IMG/VR virus record: IMGVR_UViG_3300048762_000046
Location: 1-40,800 of that record
Length of the DNA stretch: 40,800 nucleotides
Reading direction: 5' to 3' (one strand)
Origin: a virus
Lineage: Duplodnaviria > Caudoviricetes
A model generated the notes under the pieces. The model saw only the letters and a list, made by a program, of their open reading frames with translations. It was not told the origin of the DNA and made no database searches. This document shows positions 1 to 8,233 of this stretch, piece after piece. Both the position numbers and the translations under genes were made by a program. Within the stretch, counting starts at the first letter, position 1; each line of letters begins with the position of its first letter.

Positions 1-160
1 GTCTACGCCCTCTACAGCAACACCACGGGCAGCTACAACAGCGCACAGGGATTCTACGCCCTCTACTCCAACACCACGGGCAGCAACAACAGCGCGCAGG
101 GGGTCTCGGCCCTCTACTCCAACACCACGGGCTCCGGCAACAGCGCACAGGGAGTCCAAG
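1..160 (+). repeat. About 3 units of a 51-bp (17-aa) coding tandem repeat
   Basis: GCCCTCTAC recurs at 7, 58 and 109. The unit is ALYSNTTGxxNSAQGxx. Confidence 0.95.
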
Positions 161-573
161 CAGGCCACACCGCGACAGCAGCAAACGCCAATACGACTGG
201 CTCAAACAATAGCTGGTTTGGCTACAACTCCGGTCCAGGATCACCGACTCAGTACAACTACCAGTCAGTGATCGGCGCGGCGGCAACGGGCACGTGCAGT
301 AATTGCATCGTACTCGGGCGTGCCGGGGGGCTTGACACGGTATATGCCGGAGACGCGGGGGTAGATCCGATGGTGGTTCTGGCACTGGCGACACCTCCAG
401 TGCTCACAACCAATCTGAAGACCTGCACGGCAACCACCGGGACTCCGTGGCGCGCATCGGTGACGGACGCGGTTGCTCCGGCTCTCGGGGTGGCGCTTAC
501 TGGCGGCGGCGGGGTTTTCGCCAACGTGCATTGCAGTCTGACTACCGGCACGTATATCGTGGACGGGCTATAA
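1..573 (+). CDS. C-terminal part of repeat-containing tail fibre/adhesin (5'-truncated; probable continuation of the 39170 gene)
   Basis: Frame +1 is open from base 1: VYALYSNTTGSYNSAQGFYALYSNTTG..., continuing into ORF 268-573. It ends in an 'RASVTDA..GGG..VHC' fibre-type motif. Confidence 0.8.
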   Translation, partial: VYALYSNTTGSYNSAQGFYALYSNTTGSNNSAQGVSALYSNTTGSGNSAQGVQAGHTATAANANTTGSNNSWFGYNSGPGSPTQYNYQSVIGAAATGTCSNCIVLGRAGGLDTVYAGDAGVDPMVVLALATPPVLTTNLKTCTATTGTPWRASVTDAVAPALGVALTGGGGVFANVHCSLTTGTYIVDGL

Positions 574-583
574 AGGAGACGAA

Positions 584-1219
584 ATGAAGACGATTATTGC
601 AACTCTGATACTTTCAATGGCTGGTTTTGCTGCAACGGTAACGAGCATCACATGCAGCGGACAGACGGCCACAGTGAACGCAACGGCGCATGGGCTGATC
701 GCCTCTCAAGGATTTAGCCTCAGCGGCACGGCAGCCACCTTCAACAGCTCGGCGTCATCCGTTAGCGCTAACAGTTTCACCTTCGTGTTGCCTGCTGGCA
801 CAGCTTGCAGCGGCTTCACTTCGGGCTACACGGCAGTCGTGGCAGCCAAGCAAATCATCGACATCGCGGCCACGCCTAACCCGCTTGCCCTTGGCGGTCC
901 CACGGTGACTTTGACCTACCTGGGCTGGTACACCACCGTTTACCCTAGGGAATTGTGTACTTCTGCTGGTGTGCCAATTCCTCCACTGACGACATGTCCG
1001 GTAAGTCAATATACATTGATCAGTCCAGCGGAACAGGCTGCGTTGTGGGCTGGCACGACGGTGGAACTGCAAAATCAAGTCACCTATCCTGCTGCCACTT
1101 CCGCGTCTACGGTGAGCGGCGGGGCAATCACCCAGTACAACGCGATGCAAGCGGGATTCGCGGGGTATTTGCTGGCCGGTGGGTACTACTGGAACGGCAC
1201 GGCGTGGATACATAACTAG
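584..1219 (+). CDS. Signal-peptide-bearing, Thr/Ser/Ala-rich virion-like protein
   Basis: SD AAGGAG. N-terminus MKTIIATLILSMAGFAA. 'TATVNATAHGL..SANSFTF' beta-rich motif; 4 Cys. Confidence 0.7.
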   Translation: MKTIIATLILSMAGFAATVTSITCSGQTATVNATAHGLIASQGFSLSGTAATFNSSASSVSANSFTFVLPAGTACSGFTSGYTAVVAAKQIIDIAATPNPLALGGPTVTLTYLGWYTTVYPRELCTSAGVPIPPLTTCPVSQYTLISPAEQAALWAGTTVELQNQVTYPAATSASTVSGGAITQYNAMQAGFAGYLLAGGYYWNGTAWIHN

Positions 1220-1258
1220 GCAACGTATTTTATTCTTGAACTACGTGAAAAATACCAC

Positions 1259-1777
1259 ATGCGACCCTTACTCATCTTCGCTCTCGCCGCCGCCCTCCCG
1301 GCCCAACTCACCACGCCACCGCAGATCACAGCCACGGTCACCAGCAGCGCCCCCGGCCATCCGGTGAGCGCGAAGTCGATCCCGACGATCCCAGTGCGGC
1401 CGGCAACGGTGCTGACAGCGGCATCGTGCGCCTGGGCAGCGGACGGGCTCGCGGACGTGGGGGATGTGATCGCCTGCACCGTATCGTTCAACCAAAAAGT
1501 CAGAGGCGACACGGTCGTCACGCTGACCTACGGAGACCCGGCATGGTCTGGGCCTGCCAGTGTGACGGTCGCGAACGCCACCGTGTCGGCAACATTCACA
1601 ATCACGGCGGTTTCCCCGTCAGCATCTCCCGTGGCAATGGAGGTGTTGCCGGTGAGCATCTGGGCGGATGGACAATCGGCACAGCACTTCGTTGCGTTAA
1701 CGCGACCCTGCTGCGCGCGGGAGGACCTATGCGGGTTGCCGGTGGAGCAGGTTTCGCAGGAGCCGTGCTTGCCGTGA
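1259..1777 (+). CDS. Signal-peptide-bearing, Ig-like beta-sandwich protein
   Basis: MRPLLIFALAAALPA-Q start; 'PASVTVANATVSATFTITA' Ig-like strands; Cys-rich. Confidence 0.65.
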   Translation: MRPLLIFALAAALPAQLTTPPQITATVTSSAPGHPVSAKSIPTIPVRPATVLTAASCAWAADGLADVGDVIACTVSFNQKVRGDTVVTLTYGDPAWSGPASVTVANATVSATFTITAVSPSASPVAMEVLPVSIWADGQSAQHFVALTRPCCAREDLCGLPVEQVSQEPCLP

Positions 1778-1980
1778 CTCGTAGCAGCACTTTGGTCCCT
1801 CGATTCCGCCGCGAGCGTCGGATGCTCGCATGGCGTGCGGCGCGGGCCAAGCGACACGCCGAAACCGTGCGGTTTAGCGACCGCAAGCGCTTCGACCAGC
1901 AGCCTGAGTTCTGGAGTCCGCCACCGAGGTCTGGCGTGGGGTGCGCTACGGCGGCGATGGCTGAGCAATTTGGGGCTTGA
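1774..1980 (+). CDS. Hypothetical basic protein
   Basis: GTGA overlap with the upstream stop; 3' part of ORF 1426-1980. Confidence 0.4.
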   Translation: MTRSSTLVPRFRRERRMLAWRAARAKRHAETVRFSDRKRFDQQPEFWSPPPRSGVGCATAAMAEQFGA

Positions 1981-2005
1981 CGCGGTGTTTCATCCGTGAT
2001 ACATT
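1977..2005 (+). promoter_or_regulatory. Sigma70-type promoter
   Basis: TTGACG-17nt-TACATT with TG extension, 8 nt upstream of ATG 2014. Confidence 0.65.
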
Positions 2006-2013
2006 GGCCCTAG

Positions 2014-2187
2014 ATGCGACTTGGCAAACTCTTGCTGGCATATCGCTCCTCGGAGAATTTGAGCACGCGGTCCCTCTCGCAGATTATTGGAATCGGTTTC
2101 GCAACGCTACACCGAATCGAAAACGGCAAGACGTGCGATCTCAAATCGTGGCGCAAGATTCAGGACTGGCTGTTAGGGAGAATATGA
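2014..2187 (+). CDS. XRE-family helix-turn-helix protein, 57 aa (absent from the ORF track)
   Basis: Translated by hand: MRLGKLLLAYRSSENLSTRSLSQIIGIGFATLHRIENGKTCDLKSWRKIQDWLLGRI. Typical 'LS...LS..IGI...TL.RIENG' pattern. Confidence 0.8.
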   Translation: MRLGKLLLAYRSSENLSTRSLSQIIGIGFATLHRIENGKTCDLKSWRKIQDWLLGRI

Positions 2188-2312
2188 GAACCTTTGAGGT
2201 AACCAGGAAGCGATCTTTGCTGGCAGTGAAGCTGGCGATATGTCTACTAACGATTGGCTTACTTGGATCAGCGGGTTGGGCAGTATCGTTGGCCTGGGAG
2301 TACTATCGATGA
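2184..2312 (+). CDS. Small single-TM membrane protein
   Basis: ATGA overlap; hydrophobic stretch LAICLLTIGLLGSAGWAVSLAW. Confidence 0.55.
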   Translation: MRTFEVTRKRSLLAVKLAICLLTIGLLGSAGWAVSLAWEYYR

Positions 2313-2527
2313 GCGACTTTGAGAAGATCGCCTGCGAGATGCTCGACGTAGAGGATTTCACGGAGATTCCTACCCAGACATACGCTGCACTTCAGCGGAT
2401 TCAGGATTTGGTCGAGAAAGTTGGCGGACGATTGCGTAGCAGGCAGACCATTGCGCTGGCAATCGCGTTAACGGAGAGAGTGACAACCTGCCCCGCAACC
2501 GGGGCGCAACCGAAGGAGAAACGATGA
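2309..2527 (+). CDS. Hypothetical protein
   Basis: ATGA overlaps at both ends; MSDFEKIACEML... Confidence 0.6.
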   Translation: MSDFEKIACEMLDVEDFTEIPTQTYAALQRIQDLVEKVGGRLRSRQTIALAIALTERVTTCPATGAQPKEKR

Positions 2528-3135
2528 TAGTGGTTTTAACGGATGAGCAAATAGCCCGCTATCAAGCGGCGCTTGTGGGCGGTGGCAATATCGTCCCCGC
2601 CGACGTGGTAACCCAAATGGTCCAGATCGGCGTGCAGGCCGTTCAGGATCGCATTGACTTCGACAACCAACAGGCGATCCGCTCGTACCTGGGCGGCAAG
2701 AATGACGACGGTACCGACTTCGTGGGCGCGTGGCCGTTCTGGCTGGCGCGCTACCAGAACGCGCCGCCGTCGCAGCAGCCCGCCATCTTGGCCCAGGAGC
2801 CTCAGCCACCGATGCAGGAAGTCATCGACCTGACCGGCGCTTGGCCCGTGGGCGTCCTCAGCAACACGGCGCTGTGTCCCAAACCGCAGATGCCGACCGC
2901 GCCCACGGGGATCTTCATCGGCGCGCAGCTCAGCGTGCCCGGCTGGTACGCCACAGTGCAAGGCGAATCCAGCCCCTACGGTACGCTGGTGAACTTCGGC
3001 GGTAAGGTGCTTCAGCACCTGAACTTCGGGGCATTCGGAAGCGGCTGGTGGGCGCCAGCGCCTGCCGGTACGTCGCTCACGGGCCTGCCGGTGGCTACAG
3101 CCGCCCCGCCGATCCCCACGGGGGGTGCGCAATGA
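2524..3135 (+). CDS. Hypothetical protein
   Basis: 203-aa ORF with AAGGAG SD and genome-typical codon usage. Confidence 0.7.
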   Translation: MIVVLTDEQIARYQAALVGGGNIVPADVVTQMVQIGVQAVQDRIDFDNQQAIRSYLGGKNDDGTDFVGAWPFWLARYQNAPPSQQPAILAQEPQPPMQEVIDLTGAWPVGVLSNTALCPKPQMPTAPTGIFIGAQLSVPGWYATVQGESSPYGTLVNFGGKVLQHLNFGAFGSGWWAPAPAGTSLTGLPVATAAPPIPTGGAQ

Positions 3136-3602
3136 AGACCGCCCTCTGCGTCCTGCTGGTGGCCGCGCTGGCTCTGTGCGGCTGCACCACGTCCACAAAG
3201 CCGGTGACGCCGCCCGCGCCGGCCATAGCGCCACAACTGCAAGTGCTTCAGGCCGCCAACGTCGCAGCGGCGGGGGGCAATTTATCGGCTCACGTCCTCG
3301 TGACTTTGTGCGTGCCTCCTGCTGGGCAGGCCGCCGCGATGGACCTCGTAACCTGCAACAAGGTGAGCACGGCGCTGAAGGCCATCAAGACGTTTGTGGA
3401 TACCGTAACCATCGAGGCCAATAAGGTGCAGTCCGCGGTGACGGCCGGGACGCCCGCTGCGTATCCTTGGTCGGTGGCGCGGATTAACATCGCCGCCGCT
3501 GCGATCAAGATCACCACGATGGCAGCGGTAAGCGATCCGATCTTGCAAGCCGACATCAACGCCCTGACGGATCAGGTTGCCAAAATTCTGGGGGTGCAAT
3601 AA
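3132..3602 (+). CDS. Lipoprotein (possible lysis accessory)
   Basis: MKTALCVLLVAALALCG-C lipobox followed by a Pro-rich linker and a helical domain. Confidence 0.7.
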   Translation: MKTALCVLLVAALALCGCTTSTKPVTPPAPAIAPQLQVLQAANVAAAGGNLSAHVLVTLCVPPAGQAAAMDLVTCNKVSTALKAIKTFVDTVTIEANKVQSAVTAGTPAAYPWSVARINIAAAAIKITTMAAVSDPILQADINALTDQVAKILGVQ

Positions 3603-3829
3603 TGTTGACTCCCGCAATTCTCGCAATCATCCAGGGCATCCTCGCATGTATTCCGGCCGGCGAAGGACTGGTGGCCGCCCTGGTCGGACTCAAGGTTGCC
3701 AATCCCAACATGACCCAGGATGACATCAACAATCTCATGCAGCAGATCACGGCCACTATCGCACTGGCAGGCGCCGATGAACTGGCGACGTTGGCTTTGA
3801 TACCGGCGGCGCCGGTGAAGGGGGCGTAA
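3602..3829 (+). CDS. Small hydrophobic protein
   Basis: TAATG coupling to the lipoprotein gene. Confidence 0.65.
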   Translation: MLTPAILAIIQGILACIPAGEGLVAALVGLKVANPNMTQDDINNLMQQITATIALAGADELATLALIPAAPVKGA

Positions 3830-4084
3830 ATGATTCACGCACGGGAGGATTACAACGACCGCTTTCAGGACGCCGCCGGAATGGTCCCCGAGAATGAGCC
3901 GGTTTTCCTGATCCGCGCTCAGGATCAGGTCGGACACCATGCTGTGCGGGTATGGGCGCATCTTCACCGCTTATCCGGAGGATCTGACGTGGCCTATACG
4001 ATGGCAATGAGGCACGCCGATCTGATGGAGCAGTGGCCGATCAAAAAGGCGGCGGATGTGCCCCAAGCAAAGGCGAAGGCGTAA
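3830..4084 (+). CDS. Phage hypothetical protein
   Basis: 'EPVFLIRAQD' motif of a kind I recall from small phage proteins. Confidence 0.65.
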   Translation: MIHAREDYNDRFQDAAGMVPENEPVFLIRAQDQVGHHAVRVWAHLHRLSGGSDVAYTMAMRHADLMEQWPIKKAADVPQAKAKA

Positions 4085-4088
4085 CGCC

Positions 4089-4388
4089 ATGAAGTCAAGC
4101 TCTTGGGTAATCCTCGAATGCCTGGTTGTGCTGGCCATTCTGGGTGTGCTCTCGTTTTTCACAGAGCCAAAGTACGGAATCGGTGTCGGTATGGTGCTGA
4201 CTGCCATCATTGCCGTCCTCAACAACACGGTGGGAACGGTGTCCGGGGGCAAGATGCCAGAGCAGGCCGGTGATGCCAAACCTGGCCAATCGTCCACGGT
4301 GAAGATCGAGAGCACCGTGTCCGCGCCGAACACAGACGCGCCGTCCGCAATCGCAGCGGCGAACGCCCCGCCGAAGAGGGGATGGTAA
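4089..4388 (+). CDS. Two-TM membrane protein, holin candidate
   Basis: Two hydrophobic segments (WVILECLVVLAILGVLSFF; GIGVGMVLTAIIAVL) and a polar C-tail. Confidence 0.5.
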   Translation: MKSSSWVILECLVVLAILGVLSFFTEPKYGIGVGMVLTAIIAVLNNTVGTVSGGKMPEQAGDAKPGQSSTVKIESTVSAPNTDAPSAIAAANAPPKRGW

Positions 4389-4391
4389 GCC

Positions 4392-4691
4392 ATGGAAGGC
4401 CGCAGAGTATACATGAGGAACGCCGAGATCGCCAAGAAGCTCGATTGGCTCGCAGCGGAACTCCGGGCCAAGGGCGACCCCGCCGAGGCCCAGGGACTCA
4501 AGGAAGTTCAGGAGCGCCTGGAACGTGCGCGCAACGAAGTGGCCAGGCTGGAGCAGGCACAGGATCGGATGCAAGCCGAGGGGCACGGGGTGCTGTGCCA
4601 ATGCTACTGGTGTCGCCAGAGACACGAACCGAGGCTTGACCCCCGCATGACGGGAAAAGGGATGAAGTTCGAGGACGGCAGGCCGGCATGA
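4392..4691 (+). CDS. Hypothetical coiled-coil protein with a CxCxxC tail
   Basis: ORF track; SD GAGGG; ATGA overlap downstream. Confidence 0.55.
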   Translation: MEGRRVYMRNAEIAKKLDWLAAELRAKGDPAEAQGLKEVQERLERARNEVARLEQAQDRMQAEGHGVLCQCYWCRQRHEPRLDPRMTGKGMKFEDGRPA

Positions 4692-4788
4692 CCCTCCCCG
4701 CCCTCATCGCCCGCATCATCGCCACCCTGGAGCGCTTGGCCGCTTCGCCCTACGCCTCGGGGATTGAGACGGCGCTGCGGAGGGAGCG

Positions 4789-5004
4789 ATGGCGGATAAC
4801 CTCGCTGCCATCGAAGCCCTTCAGGCCGCGTGCATAGACGTGGCGCTTCGCAAGGCGCAGGATGAATACTGCGCCGGACACTCCAACCCCCTGGCAGATG
4901 TCATGCGCGCCGCGGCCAATTCGCCAGCCCCACTTTCCCCTTGCAATCCTCCCCGGCCCGGTGGCGCCCAAAACCGCTTTGTGGTACGATTGAATCGTCC
5001 GTGA
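4789..5004 (+). CDS. Hypothetical protein
   Basis: GGAGGGAG SD before ATG 4789. Confidence 0.5.
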   Translation: MADNLAAIEALQAACIDVALRKAQDEYCAGHSNPLADVMRAAANSPAPLSPCNPPRPGGAQNRFVVRLNRP

Positions 5005-5016
5005 CCCTATGCATCC

Positions 5017-5070
5017 GGCCGCGCTTCTGGGCCTCAGCAACCCCGAAAAAAAGCGCGGCCATCTTTTTCT
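5017..5070 (+). terminator. Putative intrinsic terminator
   Basis: GGCCGCGCTT (5017-5026) pairs with AAGCGCGGCC (5051-5060), followed by ATCTTTTTCT. The loop is unusually long. Confidence 0.4.
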
Positions 5071-5084
5071 GGTATGATGGAAGT

Positions 5085-5350
5085 GCTGATGTATAGGCTA
5101 TCTCCAGTTCGGAGAGGGTTGGTTCACGGCACTCCTTCACCCAACAAAACAACGGGCCGTTGCTTCACAGAGTTACGGAAAAAGGCACCGATGAAGTCGC
5201 CGGCGGGCGAAAACCGGGCAACGGTCTGCTATGTCGATGCAGAAACCTCGGCTACGTCCCGGTCCATGTCGCTTGCATACTAAGCTCGCGGGAGACTTCA
5301 AGAACTCTTAGGCCTACACATAAGAAAGCAGTGCAAAGCCTCTCGCAACC
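5085..5350 (+). ncRNA. Candidate rod-shaped structured RNA
   Basis: Follows an extended -10 TGGTATGAT (5070-5078). Nested complementary segments; no convincing ORF. Confidence 0.35.
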
Positions 5351-5411
5351 AAGAGCGACAAGGGAAGCCGAGTTGTGCCCTTCTATGCTCATCTTTCCAC
5401 CCATCTTTACA

Positions 5412-5468
5412 TCATTAATGAAAAATAATGTTTATCCCATTGACTTAGTGCCACAAAACGGTTAGAGT
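5412..5468 (+). promoter_or_regulatory. Early promoter with upstream AT-rich operator
   Basis: TTGACT(5440)-17nt-TAGAGT(5463), 5 nt before ATG 5474. The 20-bp site at 5412-5431 matches 14781-14800 at 17/20. Confidence 0.7.
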
Positions 5469-5473
5469 CAATT

Positions 5474-5680
5474 ATGCCCAGAAAGAAAAAGAACCCGCAC
5501 GCGGTAGCGCTTGGGCGCACCGGCGGCCGCCCGGAGGGTCCGAAATTGCGCTGCTGGTGCGGGTGCCTGTATACGCCGAAGCAACTACGCACCCACGTGG
5601 CGCACTGCCCGAATCGTCCGCCGCAATCCGTTGTAGGACTACTGGATCGCGCAGAACAGGAGTTGGACCGTGGAGAATAA
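5474..5680 (+). CDS. Small basic protein with a Cys/His cluster, possible regulator
   Basis: 'KNPHAVALGRTGG' followed by CxC...H...C; first gene after the promoter. Confidence 0.6.
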   Translation: MPRKKKNPHAVALGRTGGRPEGPKLRCWCGCLYTPKQLRTHVAHCPNRPPQSVVGLLDRAEQELDRGE

Positions 5681-6314
5681 CGCTGTCGAACCCGTGGTGC
5701 TGACCACCACACTATACAGCCTGCGCAAACATCACGCTTGCGAGTCGCGCTACGACCATCTGGCGAGCGCGCTCGGGCCAGACTACGGCGACAAGACGAT
5801 CAACCTGCTGGCGATACTAGAGCACAACGGCGTGGATGATTGCCTGTGGGCGCTCTGCGCTACGGACCAAAACTGCGATAAGGTCGCGCGGCTGATGGCG
5901 GCGGATTTCGCTGAGGCGGTGCTGCCACTGTATGAGGGCCAGTATCCCGGCAACACCCGACCGAGAGCAGCGATACAGGCCGCGCGAGATTACGCGCACG
6001 GACGGATAGGGGACGCCACCAGGGACGCCGCCAGCGCCGCCGCCAGGGCCGCCGCCGCCAGGGCCGCCGCCAGGGCCGCCGCCACCTGGGACGCCGCCAG
6101 GGACGCCGCCAGGGCCGCCGCCACCTGGGACGCCGCCAGGGACGCCGCCAGGGCCGCCGCCAGGGCCGCCGCCACCTGGGACGCCGCCAGGGACGCCGCC
6201 TGGGCCGCCGCCAGGGCCGCCGCCACCTGGGACGCCGCCAGGGACGCCGCCTGGGCCGCCGCCAGGGCCGCCCAAGCGGACATCATCCGAAAATACCTGA
6301 AGGTGTCGGAGTGA
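5670..6314 (+). CDS. Phage protein with an Ala-rich AARAAATWDAARD repeat tail
   Basis: 'ARLMAADFAEAVL..YE..YP...RPRAAIQAARDYA' core plus a low-complexity tail. Confidence 0.75.
   Translation: MENNAVEPVVLTTTLYSLRKHHACESRYDHLASALGPDYGDKTINLLAILEHNGVDDCLWALCATDQNCDKVARLMAADFAEAVLPLYEGQYPGNTRPRAAIQAARDYAHGRIGDATRDAASAAARAAAARAAARAAATWDAARDAARAAATWDAARDAARAAARAAATWDAARDAAWAAARAAATWDAARDAAWAAARAAQADIIRKYLKVSE
6012..6272 (+). repeat. Coding low-complexity repeat (GCCGCCAGGG / GCCACCTGGGAC units)
   Basis: Directly visible tandem 12-15-nt units. Confidence 0.9.
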
Positions 6315-6526
6315 ACGCGCTGGCCGCCAACGCGCACCGCCGCGCGAATGCCCTGCGCGAGCCGCGCTGGAGGCGCTGGCTGCGCGACCGGCTGCCGGAG
6401 AGTCCACTGGCCGGGCCTGGCTGGCGGCTCAACTGGTGGCCCCTGGTGGCCCTGGCGAGCGTGCTGCTGCCGTGGGCGGCGATCATCCTCGGGGTGGCGT
6501 GGCTGACAAAGTATCTGACGAGGTAA
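6311..6526 (+). CDS. Small membrane protein
   Basis: GTGA overlap; C-terminal hydrophobic helix. Confidence 0.55.
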   Translation: MNALAANAHRRANALREPRWRRWLRDRLPESPLAGPGWRLNWWPLVALASVLLPWAAIILGVAWLTKYLTR

Positions 6527-6631
6527 GCGGGTTCGAGTCCCGCCTGTGTTGGGATCGCACAGAGACGCGGCTGGTAGCCGCACACGGGCTTTGACAGTTG
6601 CCCGAGATCCTACCAATTTACGGAGGAAATC

Positions 6632-6895
6632 ATGAGTCCTGGAACGAACCTGAAAGAGCTTTTGGCGGTCGTCGAGCGCGCCAAAGCCGCCGTCCAGAAT
6701 CACATAGACGGCTTGAAGGCGAATCGCGCCCTGATAGATCAAGAGTTGGCCGATGCGGGCGAGACCGCGGCGAAGGCTCCGGTGCGGAAGCGCAAGCCGG
6801 GCCGGCCGCTCGGGTCGCGGAACCGGACTCCGCGCGTTGCGGAGATCGCACCGGAGATCCAGCAGGCGGCTGCCATGCCGGAGGAAGCAGCGTGA
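6632..6895 (+). CDS. Small basic protein with an AT-hook-like motif
   Basis: GGAGG SD; 'RKRKPGRPLGSRNR'. Confidence 0.65.
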   Translation: MSPGTNLKELLAVVERAKAAVQNHIDGLKANRALIDQELADAGETAAKAPVRKRKPGRPLGSRNRTPRVAEIAPEIQQAAAMPEEAA

Positions 6896-7353
6896 AGAAA
6901 TTCACCCAATACCTGAAGTGCGAGTTCAGCGCAACGGAGATCGCCGACAAGGCGAAGGAACTCGCCACCGCGAACCGCAAGCGCGGCAGCATCGAGCAGC
7001 AGAAGAAAGAGATCGACGCCGACCTGAAGGGAAAGGTGGAGGCACAGAACAGCATCATCGGCCGCCTCTCCGAGCAGATTATGACCGGCAGCGAGTACCG
7101 CGACGTGGATTGCACCATCGTCATGGACTCGCCGGCCCTCGGCCAGAAGACCATCATCCGCAACGACACCGGCGAAGAGGTCAAGGTCGAGTTGATGACG
7201 GACGAAGACAAACAGCTCGCGCTGGACCTTCAGAACCTCGCGGACGCGGCCGACGAGCAGGGCGCCGCCGGCAGAGTGCCGAAGAGCCACCGGCTGGACG
7301 CCGGGCCGGATAGCTGGACCGATCTCGGCAGCGATCCGAAGGAGCCGCGATGA
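6892..7353 (+). CDS. Hypothetical protein
   Basis: GTG start with GGAGG SD overlapping the upstream stop; coiled-coil then 'IIRNDTGEEV'. Confidence 0.7.
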   Translation: MKKFTQYLKCEFSATEIADKAKELATANRKRGSIEQQKKEIDADLKGKVEAQNSIIGRLSEQIMTGSEYRDVDCTIVMDSPALGQKTIIRNDTGEEVKVELMTDEDKQLALDLQNLADAADEQGAAGRVPKSHRLDAGPDSWTDLGSDPKEPR

Positions 7354-8114
7354 GCCAGGATCTCGAGCTCGCCCAGGCGGGACCAGTCGCTCGCCAGGCG
7401 GAGATGGCCGCTCCCACGGAGGGGGCGGCCTTCCTCAACTTCCTCGAACGCGCCGCGCGCGATCCTGGATTCTCTGTGGATAAAGTCAAGGAATTGATGG
7501 AGATGCGCCAACGGTCCATCATGTGGGAGGCGGAGCGCGAGTTCAAGGCCGCATTCGCGCGCCTACAACCCCAACTGCCGCGGATCGTGAAGGAAGGCAA
7601 GATCACCTTCAACGGAGCCTCGCAACCGTACGCCCGATACGAGGACATCGACAAGGCCATTCGTCCGCTGCTGTCCGAAGAGGGATTCTCGGTTTCGTTC
7701 ACGTTTGAGTCGGGCGATACAGCCACCGTCTGCCGGTGCAAGTTGGCGCACCGCGCCGGCCACAGTGAGACCACCAGCACGCCGCCGCTTCCATGGGATA
7801 AGAGCGGGTCCAAGAACAACGTGCAGGCCGTGGGATCGACGATGGCGTATGCCAAGCGGTACGCTCTCTGCAACGCGCTGAACATCGTCACCGTGGGGCA
7901 GGATAACGACGGTCACGGGGCCGCCTACATCGACGAAGAGCAGGTCATGAAGCTGAACGATCTGATCCAGGACTGCCAATTCTCACCGGCTCGCATCCAG
8001 AAAGTCCTGGACTGGCAGAAAGCAGACAAGATCGAGCACATCCAGGAGAGCCACTACAAGGCCGTGAAGGAGTTCCTGGAGGAGAAACTGAGGGGGAAAG
8101 GCGGCGCGCGGTGA
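7350..8114 (+). CDS. erf: ERF-family single-strand annealing protein
   Basis: 'YARYEDIDKAIRPLL...H.AGHSE...QAVGSTMAYAKRYAL...DNDG' ERF signature. Confidence 0.9.
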   Translation: MSQDLELAQAGPVARQAEMAAPTEGAAFLNFLERAARDPGFSVDKVKELMEMRQRSIMWEAEREFKAAFARLQPQLPRIVKEGKITFNGASQPYARYEDIDKAIRPLLSEEGFSVSFTFESGDTATVCRCKLAHRAGHSETTSTPPLPWDKSGSKNNVQAVGSTMAYAKRYALCNALNIVTVGQDNDGHGAAYIDEEQVMKLNDLIQDCQFSPARIQKVLDWQKADKIEHIQESHYKAVKEFLEEKLRGKGGAR

Positions 8115-8233
8115 TATACATCGAGGCTGTTGGCGCGGTCGGCCTCGTCTTTGTGGCTATCCTGTGGGGCGTTCTTCTATTCGCTTATCTGCGGTGGCAG
8201 GGGAAGCGCTTCAATGAAAGGTACAAGCCATGA
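8111..8233 (+). CDS. Small single-TM protein, 40 aa
   Basis: Translated by hand: VIYIEAVGAVGLVFVAILWGVLLFAYLRWQGKRFNERYKP. Overlaps both neighbours by 4 nt. Confidence 0.55.
   Translation: MIYIEAVGAVGLVFVAILWGVLLFAYLRWQGKRFNERYKP

Noticed and set aside
1977-2312. 111-aa ORF from the track
   Set aside because: Its 5' part overlaps the promoter and the XRE gene in another frame; the real start is probably ATG 2184.
5817-6407. Gly/Pro 'GGVPGG' elastin-like ORF on the minus strand
   Set aside because: It is simply the reverse complement of the Ala-rich repeat in 5670-6314.
6527-6560. tRNA gene or attP
   Set aside because: Only a T-arm is present, with no acceptor, D or anticodon arms and no CCA. 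No integrase was found.
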